A stretch of DNA of 64,000 nucleotides from Truepera sp. GTDB lineage: Bacteria > Deinococcota > Deinococci > Deinococcales > Trueperaceae. The position numbers and the translations under genes are program-made. Positions 49,461 through 59,562 of the stretch are shown in pieces. The DNA lies in the NCBI GenBank assembly GCA_965218435.1, contig CBDCKW010000009.1, positions 544,001-608,000 of the forward strand. The letters are read 5' to 3'. The stretch's first letter is position 1. Each line of letters begins with the position of its first letter. The notes under the pieces are model-generated. The model did not search any database and was not told the DNA's origin. It saw nothing but the letters and a program-made list of their open reading frames with translations.

Positions 49461-50522
49461 GTGTCCCAAACGTTCAAGTCGCCCGGTAGAGTGTCCGGTA
49501 AGTCGCCCAGGGCGGTGACGCTCAGCGACGTTGCCGAAGCCAGCGGCGTCTCGCATCAGACGGTCTCGAGGGTCGTTAACGGCAGTCCGCAAGTTGCCGA
49601 GCTGACCCGCACACGGGTGTTAGCTGCAGTTTTTGAACTCGGCTACCGCCCCAACACGGCGGCCCGGCAGCTCGTAACCGGGACCTCGAGAACGGTCGGT
49701 ATCATCAGTTTTGGAACGAGCTACTACGGGCCTGCGCAGATGGTCGGCAGCGTCGAGCGGGCGCTGAAAGCTCGGGGTTACGGGTTTGTCTTCGCCTCGA
49801 TCGACACGCTCAGCTTGCCCGAGGTTAAGCGCGCGTTAAAAGACCTCGAGCGGCATCAGCTGGCCGGACTTATCTTGGTCACGCCGCTCTCTAAAGTGCG
49901 GCTCGCAGAGGTACGGGCGCTCTGCCGCAACCTGCCGTTTGTGATGATTGACATTCGTAAGGGAGCCGAATTGCCCTCCGTTTTGTTCGACCAAGCCTAC
50001 GGAAGCGAGCTGGCAACGCAGCATCTGCTGGATTTAGGCCACCGCACGGTTTACGAAATCAGCGGGCCGCTGGTGTGGTCGGGGGCGCTCGAGCGCCACC
50101 ACGCTTGGAAAAATACGTTGCAACGCGCGGGCGTCTCGCCGGGGCTGAGCGCCGAAGGAGATTGGACGGCGGTGGGCGGCTACCGGGCGACGCAAACGCT
50201 GCTAAAACGTTCTGCGCCGGAGTTGTCTTTTACGGCGCTGGTCGTCGGCAACGATCAGATGGCGCTGGGGACCGTTGCCGCACTACGTGAGCACGGCTGG
50301 CGTGTTCCGGGAGACGTATCGGTGGTCGGTTTTGACGACGTTCCCGAGGCGCGCTTTTACAGTCCGCCGCTCACCACGGTGAGGCAAGATTTCGAGGTTT
50401 TAGGGCAGGAGAGCGCACGCTTTATCGTTGACCTGATCGAAGCGCCGGAGCCGCCCTTGGGGCAGCTGCTGCTCAGGCCCGAACTCGTGGTGCGCTCGAG
50501 CACCGCCGCCCCGTCACAGTAG
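49461..50522 (+). CDS. LacI-family transcriptional regulator
   Basis: TLSDVAEASGVSHQTVSRVVN, NDQMALG, SVVGFDD, PPLTTV. Confidence 0.92.
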   Translation: MSQTFKSPGRVSGKSPRAVTLSDVAEASGVSHQTVSRVVNGSPQVAELTRTRVLAAVFELGYRPNTAARQLVTGTSRTVGIISFGTSYYGPAQMVGSVERALKARGYGFVFASIDTLSLPEVKRALKDLERHQLAGLILVTPLSKVRLAEVRALCRNLPFVMIDIRKGAELPSVLFDQAYGSELATQHLLDLGHRTVYEISGPLVWSGALERHHAWKNTLQRAGVSPGLSAEGDWTAVGGYRATQTLLKRSAPELSFTALVVGNDQMALGTVAALREHGWRVPGDVSVVGFDDVPEARFYSPPLTTVRQDFEVLGQESARFIVDLIEAPEPPLGQLLLRPELVVRSSTAAPSQ

Positions 50523-50594
50523 TGTCCTAAAACCACGCCTTAAAGCTGTGACCGGCTCGGACAAACTGAGACAAACCTTGTAAGGAGGTCAGAG

Positions 50595-52292
50595 ATGTAC
50601 ACCATCGGCATAGATTACGGCACCGAGTCGGGCCGCGCCCTTTTGGTCCGCGTAGACGACGGCGCTGAACTGGCAACCGCCGTTCACGTTTACGGTGACG
50701 GTGTGCTGGACCGCACGCTCCCTGACGGGACTCGGCTGCCAAACGATTGGGCGCTGCAAAATCCGGACGATTATCTCGGGGTTCTGAAACAAGCGGTACC
50801 TGCCGTGCTAAAAGAGAGTGGGGTCAGTGCCGACGAGGTGATCGGCGTCGGGATTGACTTCACCTCATGTACGATGTTACCGACACTTGGCGACGGGACG
50901 CCGCTCTGTTTTTTGCCTGAGTTAACAAGTGAACCGCACGCGTGGGTCAAACTCTGGAAACACCACGCCGCGCAGCCCCAAGCTGACAAGATCAACGCCC
51001 TGGCTGCCGAGCGCGGCGAGCCGTGGCTGGCGCGTTACGGCGGTAAGTACTCATCGGAGTGGTTTTTCTCTAAAGCTCTCCAGATTTTAGAAGAAGCGCC
51101 GGAAATCTATGACCGGGCCGACCGGCTGATCGAAGCTGCCGACTGGCTCGTCTGGCAGCTGACCGGGGTCGAGACGCGCAACGCCTGCACCGCCGGGTAC
51201 AAAGCCATCTATCAAGACGGCAGCTTTCCCTCCCGCGACTACTTCGCCGCGCTGCACCCCGACTTTGCCGAGGTGGTGGACACCAAGATGTCTCGAGACT
51301 TAGTTCCGCTCGGCGCAAAAGCTGGAGGTTTAAGCGAAGCAGCGGCGCGTTGGACGGGTCTCAATCCGGGTACCGCGGTAGCTGTCGCCAACGTGGACGC
51401 GCACGTGACCCTGCCGGCAACGGGTGAGGTCGCGCCGGGAACCTTCGTGATGATTATGGGCACCTCGACTTGTGACGTGCTGGTGGGCGAAGCACTGCAC
51501 GAGGCTGAAGGGATGTGCGGCGTCGTCGCAGGGGGCATCATCCCCGATTTTTACGGTTACGAAGCGGGGCAGTCGGGCGTCGGCGACATCTTCGCTTGGT
51601 TTCTTAACCACAGTGTGCCCCCGGCGTTTCACCACCAAGCCGAGACCGAGGGCCTCAGCTTACACGGACTGTTAGAACGCGAGGCGGCTAAGCAGCGGCC
51701 GGGAGCACACGGGTTGTTGGCACTCGACTGGTGGAACGGGAACCGCAGCGTTTTGGTTGACGCAGATTTATCGGGGCTGCTGGTGGGGCTGACCTTGGCG
51801 ACACGGGCACCCGACATCTACCGCGCCCTCTTAGAGTCAACGGCGTACAGCAAACGCCTTATCGTCGAAGCGTTTGAGGGGAGCGGGGTGCCGGTGACCA
51901 AGATCATTGCAGCGGGTGGGTTGCCCGCAAAAAACCCGCTGCTGATGCAGATTTACGCCGATGTGCTGGGCCGTGACATCTTTGTAATCGGGAGTGAACA
52001 GGGTCCGGCTTTAGGGAGCGCCATGCACGCGGCGGTGGCAGCCGGAGCCTACCCCGACATCGGCGCAGCCGCGCAAAAGATGGGGCGTCTCAGCGACGTC
52101 AGCTATCAGCCCAGCCCCGAAAATGTTGCAGTTTACGGCGAGCTTTATAGAGACTACTGCTACCTGCACGACCTCTTCGGCCGGAGTACCGTCAAAGAAC
52201 CTGGTGGGGTGATGAAGCGGCTGCGTAAACTTAGAGGAGCGACTACCGCAGCCACGAAGGAAACCTCAGTTGAGGCCGGAGTGAGAGAATGA
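50595..52292 (+). CDS. araB: L-ribulokinase
   Basis: IGIDYGTESGRA, DFTSCT, KLWKHHAAQ, YGGKYSSEW, MGTSTC, DWWNGNRS; RBS AAGGAGG. Confidence 0.93.
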   Translation: MYTIGIDYGTESGRALLVRVDDGAELATAVHVYGDGVLDRTLPDGTRLPNDWALQNPDDYLGVLKQAVPAVLKESGVSADEVIGVGIDFTSCTMLPTLGDGTPLCFLPELTSEPHAWVKLWKHHAAQPQADKINALAAERGEPWLARYGGKYSSEWFFSKALQILEEAPEIYDRADRLIEAADWLVWQLTGVETRNACTAGYKAIYQDGSFPSRDYFAALHPDFAEVVDTKMSRDLVPLGAKAGGLSEAAARWTGLNPGTAVAVANVDAHVTLPATGEVAPGTFVMIMGTSTCDVLVGEALHEAEGMCGVVAGGIIPDFYGYEAGQSGVGDIFAWFLNHSVPPAFHHQAETEGLSLHGLLEREAAKQRPGAHGLLALDWWNGNRSVLVDADLSGLLVGLTLATRAPDIYRALLESTAYSKRLIVEAFEGSGVPVTKIIAAGGLPAKNPLLMQIYADVLGRDIFVIGSEQGPALGSAMHAAVAAGAYPDIGAAAQKMGRLSDVSYQPSPENVAVYGELYRDYCYLHDLFGRSTVKEPGGVMKRLRKLRGATTAATKETSVEAGVRE

Positions 52293-52954
52293 GCCTCGAG
52301 CCTAGCACCACGGCAGCCTTAAAAAAAACCGTTTGCGACCTGCACGCTCTCTTACCGGCTAACAACCTCGTTGCCTGGACAAGCGGCAATATCAGCGGCA
52401 GAGTCGCGGGTTCAGGCCGCATGGTCATTAAACCTTCGGGAATCGTGTTTGAAGACCTTACGCCGGAAAACATGTGTGAGGTTGAGCTCGAGACGCTAAC
52501 AAATAAAAGCCCGCACAAGTTTTCATCTGACACTGCTACCCACGCCTATATCTACCAACATATGCCCGAGGTAGGCGGAATTGTCCATACCCATAGCCCT
52601 TACGCAACTGCCTTTGCCGCAATCGGTCAAGAGATTCCCTGTTTTTTAACGGCGATGGCCGATGAATTCGGCGGCCCAATCCCCTGCGGCGGCTTTGCCT
52701 TGATCGGGGGTGACGACATCGGGCGTGAGGTGGTGCGGGTGCTGACAGATCACAGATCACCTGCACTTATCTTGCAAAACCACGGCGTCTTTACGGTCGG
52801 CAAAACGCCCCAAGCGGCGGTCAAAGCCGCCATTATGTGTGAAGACGTGGCGCGGACGTCGTTTTTAGCGTTGCAACTCGGCCAGCCCCTGTCTATTGCC
52901 CCGGAAGACATCGCCAAGCTCTATGACCGTTATCAAAATGTTTACGGCCAGTGA
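52289..52954 (+). CDS. araD: L-ribulose-5-phosphate 4-epimerase
   Basis: WTSGNIS, IKPSG, SSDTATH, HTHS, NHGVF, YQNVYGQ. Confidence 0.92.
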   Translation: MSLEPSTTAALKKTVCDLHALLPANNLVAWTSGNISGRVAGSGRMVIKPSGIVFEDLTPENMCEVELETLTNKSPHKFSSDTATHAYIYQHMPEVGGIVHTHSPYATAFAAIGQEIPCFLTAMADEFGGPIPCGGFALIGGDDIGREVVRVLTDHRSPALILQNHGVFTVGKTPQAAVKAAIMCEDVARTSFLALQLGQPLSIAPEDIAKLYDRYQNVYGQ

Positions 52955-53115
52955 GACATTTTGGGTCGTGCGTCAACTGGGCTCATCTCGCTTTAGGTAT
53001 GAAGGAGAAGATATCCGAATGAAATGCGGAGAAGCTCTAGTTTTTACCCAGTGGGGTTCAAAGCTAAAGCTGCAGGGTTGTGTCGCATAAGGGGCAGAGT
53101 TATCAGGCGCAGCTG

Positions 53116-53360
53116 TTTCCGGTGCTCGAGCTCGTAGCTTGCGTGACCTTAACCAAGAAGCTGCCGAACGCGCTGCTTAGACGTAGTAGGTCGAGGCACT
53201 AAGCGTCAAAGCACTGTCACTCGTTCTGATATAGATGTCATTTTGGACCTTACCGTACCGTAAGCGCACGCTGAAGTGACGCTGCGGGCGCTTGCGGCGG
53301 GCAAGTGTGTCCACCTCGAGAAACCGCTAGCACTAAACTGAACTGAGGGCGAGCGTCGTT
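53116..53360 (+). pseudogene. degraded Gfo/Idh/MocA oxidoreductase fragment
   Basis: FPVLELVAC...DIDVILDLTVP*AHAEVTLRALAAGKCVHLEKPLALN* with several stops/shifts. Confidence 0.72.
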
Positions 53361-53566
53361 GCGGCTGTCCCTGCACCGGGTTTGCGCGTAAGCTGTGCTC
53401 TCGGCACGCTTCTGGGTGCAAATATCCATAGGCAGTTAAGGGGTTACAAACGACGTCAGAAAATAGAACTACTGTTCGCTCACCTCGGTAACTTCCGGCA
53501 TTAGTCGTTCGTTATGAGCGTTAAGCAGAAAACTTCTTTAGCTTTCTCTAACTTGGCTACATTAAA

Positions 53567-54721
53567 TTACTGCCCAGGTGTTTTTGAGATGGGTTCTAGT
53601 AATACAGGTTCTCCGCCTTTTAGCGATGACTGCTGCAAGGCCAGAATGATCTCCTGATCAAGCCGTGCTTGTTGCGGACCATAGCTAGGGTCTTTTCCTG
53701 TATGTACCGCTTCTATTAAACTTAGCAAACATGAGGCTACGCCAATCTCGTCGTCGTGCCACTGCACTCCGTGGCCCTTTTTGGTCTCTATCAAAGGGTT
53801 GTCCCAACGGACCATAGGGATGTTCGGGTCACCGGTGTGAGCGACAACAGCGATCAGTGCACCACCGTCACTACGTTCAAAACGGCGTTCTATTGTAAGG
53901 AAGTGAGGTGCTTCTTCGCCAGCAGCTAGTACGCTGAGTTTTTCTACAGTCTCCAACCCGAGTCCAACGGTTATACCCATACCTTTTTCTGCCAGAAAAC
54001 GACTGCTCCGCCACCAGCGTAACGGTGAGTCGTAACCAACGTCGGTCCAGTGAAATATACCCAGCCGCCCGTCTTCAAACTCGATTATGCCGTGTTCCTG
54101 AGTTTCTGTCCTTGAACCGTTCGTACCAGCTAACCGCGCCCAGTGCGGCGCAAGACCATAGTCGCGTACCAGACCCATTACTTGTACTGGTTTGGCATCA
54201 AAACCCAGATAGCTCCGCATCACGCTCACGCCGTGATAGCCGTGACCAGCAAAGTCGTTAAATGAACTGTATACACGCCCAAAAAGCCCCGTGTCGAGGA
54301 GTTTGAGCTTAATCTGCTCCATTGGGCGTCGGTGGAACTGTTCAGCTACTTCGATCTTCAGGTCACGTTTAGCAGCAGCAGCAATGATCGCGTCTGCTTC
54401 GCTGAGTTTATGAGCAATAGGGGTCTCTAAAAGCATGTGAAGGCCATGTTCTACAGCCATGAGTCCGACTTCACCGTTGGCGCTGTAAGAGACCGAGGCA
54501 ATCCCGACTTGGGGGGCTGTATCTCGGATGAGGTGGTCTAAATTCGTATACCAGGGTACCCCTAAGCTTTTGCCCAAACGCTGCGCCGACTTTTCGCTGC
54601 GCCCCCAGACTGAAACAAGTGACACCTCGCTCGCGAGCGCCTTCAGGATGGGGCCGTAAAGGTAATCTGAACGTGCCGCAGTGCCAATCAAACATACACG
54701 GATAGGGTCTTTAGAGGTCAT
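53567..54721 (-). CDS. Gfo/Idh/MocA-family oxidoreductase
   Basis: IRVCLIGT, HMLLETPIA, VAEQF, YHGVS. Confidence 0.75.
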   Translation of the reverse strand: MTSKDPIRVCLIGTAARSDYLYGPILKALASEVSLVSVWGRSEKSAQRLGKSLGVPWYTNLDHLIRDTAPQVGIASVSYSANGEVGLMAVEHGLHMLLETPIAHKLSEADAIIAAAAKRDLKIEVAEQFHRRPMEQIKLKLLDTGLFGRVYSSFNDFAGHGYHGVSVMRSYLGFDAKPVQVMGLVRDYGLAPHWARLAGTNGSRTETQEHGIIEFEDGRLGIFHWTDVGYDSPLRWWRSSRFLAEKGMGITVGLGLETVEKLSVLAAGEEAPHFLTIERRFERSDGGALIAVVAHTGDPNIPMVRWDNPLIETKKGHGVQWHDDEIGVASCLLSLIEAVHTGKDPSYGPQQARLDQEIILALQQSSLKGGEPVLLEPISKTPGQ

Positions 54722-54939
54722 TTCACTTATCCTAAACTTTGGGAGGATAAGATACTACCGCTGAGCTCGACATAGGAGCGTCAAGTCTCGGCTACTTCGG
54801 TGAAGCTGTGTCACGTCATGCCGTAGTGACTAACGTGCGAAGATAAATAAGTTTTCTTTGCTTGTGACAAAGCAGTCCGTATTCTAGACATGACGCTCGA
54901 GCCTGCGTAAAAGGTTGCTGAGTGCTTCACAACCCGGTT

Positions 54940-55959
54940 TTATGATGGCGGCGGTGCCGTGCTTAACCGTTCGATCAGTCGAGGGTAGAGCGTGCGCTGA
55001 TGGCGGGGGGTATCTGGCTGTTGGATCAGAGCCAGAAGGTAATCAACCGTTTGCTGACCCATAGCTGCAAAATCTTGATAGACAGTCGTTAACGGCGGCT
55101 CGAAGAAGCTAGCTTCCGGGATATCGTCAAAACCTACAACTGAAACATCTCTGGGTACCTCTAAGCCCTGCTCGCGAAGTGCCCTCATTGCTCCAAGTGC
55201 CATCTGATCATTGGCAACAACTAGAGCTGTGAACGGCTTTGCCAACTGTTTAGCGGCACTGTAGCCGCTACGAGCCGTCCAGTCTCCTACGGCTCTAGGT
55301 CCAGGAACTAGTCTGGCTCCATGTAACGTTGCCTCCCAAGCTCTATGCCGTTCTAAGGCGCTGTACCAGCTAAGAGGGCCACAGATTTCTGCGATTTCTC
55401 GGTGCCCCAAATCTATAAGATGTTGTGTGGCAAGCCTTACGCCCTCAGTCTGATCTAAAACTACTGAGGGCAACTTAGCGTGTTTAGGGACGTCGGTCAT
55501 AACCACCGGTAGTGGTCTTTTAAGAGATAAAAGCTGGCTGGGCTCGAGATTGACCGACGGCGCAATAATGACAATTCCATCGACAAATTGACTGGCAAGA
55601 TCGTCTATCGCTGCCTGCAACTGCTGAGGAGAAGGCACGTCGATGTTACGAAGGGCGAAACCGTAACCTCGCACTCTTACCGTCTTCTCAATTTCGCTAA
55701 ACATTTGCGCTGGGCCAAAATAGTTGGTCCCGTAGCTAACTATTCCAATAATGTTAGAGCGACGCGTCACCAACCCTTTCGCCGTGCGGTTAGGTCGGTA
55801 TCTCAGGGCGTGAACAGCTTCTAGAACGCGCTGGCGCGTTTTTTCAGACACATTAGGGTGGTTGTTAACAACCCTCGAGACGGTCTGATGCGAGACGCCG
55901 GCAACGCGTGCAACATCCTCAAGAGTGGCTTGCTTGTCGCCAAAAGTGACCACAGACAA
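54940..55959 (-). CDS. LacI-family transcriptional regulator (paralog of 49461-50522)
   Basis: TLEDVARVAGVSHQTVSRVVN, YFGPAQM, NDQMALG, PPLTTV. Confidence 0.92.
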   Translation of the reverse strand: MSVVTFGDKQATLEDVARVAGVSHQTVSRVVNNHPNVSEKTRQRVLEAVHALRYRPNRTAKGLVTRRSNIIGIVSYGTNYFGPAQMFSEIEKTVRVRGYGFALRNIDVPSPQQLQAAIDDLASQFVDGIVIIAPSVNLEPSQLLSLKRPLPVVMTDVPKHAKLPSVVLDQTEGVRLATQHLIDLGHREIAEICGPLSWYSALERHRAWEATLHGARLVPGPRAVGDWTARSGYSAAKQLAKPFTALVVANDQMALGAMRALREQGLEVPRDVSVVGFDDIPEASFFEPPLTTVYQDFAAMGQQTVDYLLALIQQPDTPRHQRTLYPRLIERLSTAPPPS

Positions 55960-55986
55960 ACCTTACCAGAAGAAGGATTGCAGAGA

Positions 55987-56000
55987 CGTTATCGCTAACA
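55987..56000. promoter_or_regulatory. LacI-family operator (autoregulatory)
   Basis: CGTTATCGCTAACA, similar to TGTTAnCGnTAACA. Confidence 0.6.
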
Positions 56001-56106
56001 AACTAGACATATTTATATGTAGACAATATAGCTAAGCCTTGTCTTGACAGTAACAAAACGTAGATTTTAGCTTTTGAAAACACACAAACTGTAGTCTTAA
56101 CGCTCA

Positions 56107-56150
56107 TTGACAAGATACACCAGATATGCTACCGTTTGTTAGCGTTAACA
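56107..56150 (+). promoter_or_regulatory. promoter and LacI-family operator of ABC-GH42 operon
   Basis: TTGACA (56107-12), 17 nt, TACCGT with extended TG; TGTTAGCGTTAACA 56137-56150. Confidence 0.75.
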
Positions 56151-56401
56151 AAATATTGAATGGTTTGGGTTCTTGTCAACCTTATGAAGGGTGGTTGCTA
56201 TGTAAGTACCGAAACGACGCCGCAAGGTTACAGATCATCGCTAGCTGCGCTGACTGCCTTTACGCAGACTTGCTCGCTATGTAGTTCAAACTTGTGTATC
56301 AGCAGGGTGAAGGCGTACACCTTTTTGACATTACAGACGATTTTGAGAGACTAATCCTGCGAACTCTCAATCTATCCAAGACTTAGGAGATAAAACTGCT
56401 C

Positions 56402-57694
56402 ATGAAAAATGGTGACCATCTAGTCTTAAAGCCGGGTTTTCGCATTTTTGGAATCTTGGTTGCAGCCTCGGCACTTATCTTTACGACCGCAGCGGCTCAA
56501 ACGCCCCTTCAGTACTGGGGCTGGGTTGATGGCAGCGAAGAAGCCGTCGCGTTGTGGAACCAGACGCATCCTAATGTACAGGTCAACTTCACACGTACAA
56601 CAGCCGGCACAGAGCACTACAACAAGGTTAAAACCGCGGTCACCGCAGGTTCCGGCGGCCCCGATGTGGCGCAGGTTGAGTTTCAACTGCTGACTAGTAT
56701 GGTCGTGGCTGGTGCGGTTCAGCCAATCACGCAACAAGCAGCTTCGGCGGAGGATCAGTTTATCGACTGGACGTGGCAGCAGGTCAGCCTCGGCGGAGAT
56801 GTTTACGCCATTCCGCAAGACATTGGGCCGATGGGGATGTTTTATAACAAAGAGCTCTTTGCAAAGTACGATATCACGGTACCGACCACTTGGGATGAAT
56901 ATGCTGCTGCCGCAGAAAAGCTTCATAAAGCGGACCCGTCTAAATACATCGCGCATTTCTCGCCCGCTCAGGTAGGTCAGTTTGCAGGTTATGCCTGGCA
57001 AAATAGCGCTAAATGGTTTGGAATTGATGGCGATGCTTGGCAGGTGAGTTTAAGCGGCGCTGAAACGAAACGAGTTGCCGACTATTGGCAAGGTCTTATT
57101 GACCGCGATCTCGTCAAGGTCGAAACAGACTTTAACCCAGCTTGGTATAAAGACCTGCAAGACGGAAACATTGCTACCTGGATTACTGCCGTTTGGGGTG
57201 CGGGAACATTGGCGGTTAACGTTCCTGGAGGTTCAGGCAAGTGGGCGGCAGCGCCCATGCCCCAATGGACTACCGGCGCTGCGGCAGCGGGGAACTGGGG
57301 CGGCTCGACCACAGCCGTGATCACGGGGAGCCAACACGTTGATGAGGCCGTCGCGTTTGCTGTCTGGCTTAACAGTGATCCGGGTGCGCTCGAGGCGATG
57401 ATCAAAGCTCAAAACATCTTCCCGGCGACGAAAGAGGGTGCAAACTTGCCCATCATGAAAGAAGGTAACGCCTATTTCGGCGGGCAGGTGGTCAACGACG
57501 TGTTTGCTGAAGCGGCAACTAGTGTCGATCCGTCTTGGACGTGGGGGCCGACGATGGACCAGGTTTATGCCAACCTCGGTGACCAGTTTACGGCCGCCAC
57601 GAACGGTGACGAGACCCTTTCGGTAGCACTAGATACAGTACAAGGAAACACTGTGACAGCGATGACGCAACTGGGTCTAACGGTCGTACGCTAG
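56402..57694 (+). CDS. oligosaccharide ABC transporter substrate-binding protein
   Basis: Signal peptide, GPDVAQVEF, YAIPQDIGPM, GNWGGS; RBS AGGAG. Confidence 0.88.
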   Translation: MKNGDHLVLKPGFRIFGILVAASALIFTTAAAQTPLQYWGWVDGSEEAVALWNQTHPNVQVNFTRTTAGTEHYNKVKTAVTAGSGGPDVAQVEFQLLTSMVVAGAVQPITQQAASAEDQFIDWTWQQVSLGGDVYAIPQDIGPMGMFYNKELFAKYDITVPTTWDEYAAAAEKLHKADPSKYIAHFSPAQVGQFAGYAWQNSAKWFGIDGDAWQVSLSGAETKRVADYWQGLIDRDLVKVETDFNPAWYKDLQDGNIATWITAVWGAGTLAVNVPGGSGKWAAAPMPQWTTGAAAAGNWGGSTTAVITGSQHVDEAVAFAVWLNSDPGALEAMIKAQNIFPATKEGANLPIMKEGNAYFGGQVVNDVFAEAATSVDPSWTWGPTMDQVYANLGDQFTAATNGDETLSVALDTVQGNTVTAMTQLGLTVVR

Positions 57695-57709
57695 TATGTC
57701 CATTCGGTG

Positions 57710-57745
57710 GGGTCGGTGCGTCCAAGCGACCGACCCGCTTTTTTT
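57710..57745 (+). terminator. intercistronic terminator-like hairpin after SBP gene
   Basis: GGGTCGGT / ACCGACCC followed by T7. Confidence 0.6.
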
Positions 57746-57760
57746 GTTCGGGAGGTTTGG

Positions 57761-58696
57761 ATGATGAGTAGCGTTACAGCAAAAACTCCCAAGGTCAGGC
57801 AGAGGCGGGTGTTATTTAATTGGAGAGGACTTGCAGGCTACGCTTTTGTCGCGCCGTTTATGGTTATCTTTCTCGTTTTTCAGCTTATTCCGGTCGGCTA
57901 CGCGCTCTGGCAAAGCGTTCACGCAACCTCGAGGTCCGGGTTGGGAATCGGCGCGGCCACCGTCCGCTTTGTCGGACTAGCAAACTACATGCAGGCGCTC
58001 CAAGATCAAGAGTTTGTCGCCGGTGTTTTACGGATGCTGCTTTTCGGCATCGTTCAGGTCCCGATCATGCTTGGTCTAGCTCTGCTACTAGCTCTAATTT
58101 TCGATTCTTCGTTTGCTGTTTTTAAGTCGTTTTTTCAGCTCTCGGCTTTTTTGCCCTACGCTTTACCCGGTATTGTAGCGTCGATTCTCTGGTCATTTCT
58201 TTATCTTCCTGGTGTAAGTCCAGTCGTTGCTGTCCTCCAGGCGCTGAATTTGCCTCATAATTTTCTAGGTCCGGGGTCAGTCCTTTGGTCAATCGCCAAT
58301 ATCGTCACCTGGCAGTGGACGGGCTATAACATGCTTATTATTTTTGCGGCCCTGCAAGCTCTGCCGCACGACGTTTTTGAAGCTGCCCGAATTGACGGCG
58401 CAAACGAATGGATGATCAATACTCGCATCAAAATTCCGCTCGTGATTCCAGCAGTCATTCTTACAGCGGTCTTCTCAATTATCGGGACCTTGCAACTTTT
58501 TTCTGAACCAATGATCGTTAGGACGCTTACCAATAACGTTACAACGAAGTTTACGCCGAACATGGCAGCTTACAATATCGCTTTTGGGAACAACAACCCC
58601 AACTACGCAGCGGCGGTTGCGGTCACGCTCGCCGTCGCGACCTTTATCTTGTCGTTCGCCTTTATGAAGCTGGCACAACGGGGAGCTAGCTCGTGA
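57761..58696 (+). CDS. carbohydrate ABC transporter permease
   Basis: FVGLANY, EAARIDGA loop; RBS GGAGG before ATG 57761. Confidence 0.9.
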   Translation: MMSSVTAKTPKVRQRRVLFNWRGLAGYAFVAPFMVIFLVFQLIPVGYALWQSVHATSRSGLGIGAATVRFVGLANYMQALQDQEFVAGVLRMLLFGIVQVPIMLGLALLLALIFDSSFAVFKSFFQLSAFLPYALPGIVASILWSFLYLPGVSPVVAVLQALNLPHNFLGPGSVLWSIANIVTWQWTGYNMLIIFAALQALPHDVFEAARIDGANEWMINTRIKIPLVIPAVILTAVFSIIGTLQLFSEPMIVRTLTNNVTTKFTPNMAAYNIAFGNNNPNYAAAVAVTLAVATFILSFAFMKLAQRGASS

Positions 58697-59559
58697 GTAC
58701 GGTTCGTCGTCGTACACTCGTACCGGCACTTGGCTCACGGTCACTCACATTGATATTTTTACTTGTCGTAGCCGGCTACTGCTTGCTGCCGGTCTCGTGG
58801 CTGATCTTTGCCTCAACCAAAAGCACTGGGGACCTTTACGGCACGTTTGGGTTCTGGTTTGCTAAGTTCAATTTTTTTGAAAACTTAAGACGGCTCGGAG
58901 CGGAAGACGGCGGTATCTTTATCCGCTGGATGCTCAACTCAGTTATCTATGCGGGTGTAGGCGGTTTGCTGAGCATGTTGATCTCGGCGCTGGCTGGTTA
59001 CGCTTTGGCTAAACATAAGTTTGCCGGAAAGGAGCTGATCTTCGGCGTCATCTTGGGCGGCGTCCTGATCCCTGGCGCAGTGCTCGCGCTGCCGCTCTTT
59101 TTGCTGCTCAGTAAGCTCGGACTGACCAACACCTATTTAGGGGTTTTGCTACCGAGTCTGGTCAGTCCGTTCGGGGTCTATTTGTCGCGCGTCTACGCTG
59201 AAGCTTCTGTGCCTGACGAACTGCTCGAGGCTGCCCGGGTTGACGGCTCCGGCGAGTTTAGGACCTTTTTTACGATGGTGCTACGGATTATGGGTCCTGC
59301 CCTCGTAACCGTGTTTCTTTTTCAGTTTGTCGCCATCTGGAACAATTTTTTCCTGCCATTAGTCGTGCTCAGCCGAAACGAGCTATTTCCGGTCACGCTC
59401 GGCCTCTATGCGTGGCAAGGTCAAGCACTCGGCAATCCCGATATTGTCAGCCTCGTTCTTACCGGCTCACTAATTGCAAGTATTCCGCTTGTCATCCTTT
59501 TTTTCTCACTGCAGGGCTACTGGCGCGCCGGGGCTACTGCGGGCGCTGTCAAGGGTTAA
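58693..59559 (+). CDS. carbohydrate ABC transporter permease
   Basis: ELLEAARVDG, WNNFFLPLV, GAVKG end. Confidence 0.9.
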   Translation: MSTVRRRTLVPALGSRSLTLIFLLVVAGYCLLPVSWLIFASTKSTGDLYGTFGFWFAKFNFFENLRRLGAEDGGIFIRWMLNSVIYAGVGGLLSMLISALAGYALAKHKFAGKELIFGVILGGVLIPGAVLALPLFLLLSKLGLTNTYLGVLLPSLVSPFGVYLSRVYAEASVPDELLEAARVDGSGEFRTFFTMVLRIMGPALVTVFLFQFVAIWNNFFLPLVVLSRNELFPVTLGLYAWQGQALGNPDIVSLVLTGSLIASIPLVILFFSLQGYWRAGATAGAVKG

Positions 59560-59562
59560 CTC

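Noticed and set aside
56160..56354. 64-aa ORF in the long leader of the SBP gene
   Set aside because: No RBS, atypical composition, no motif; probably untranslated.
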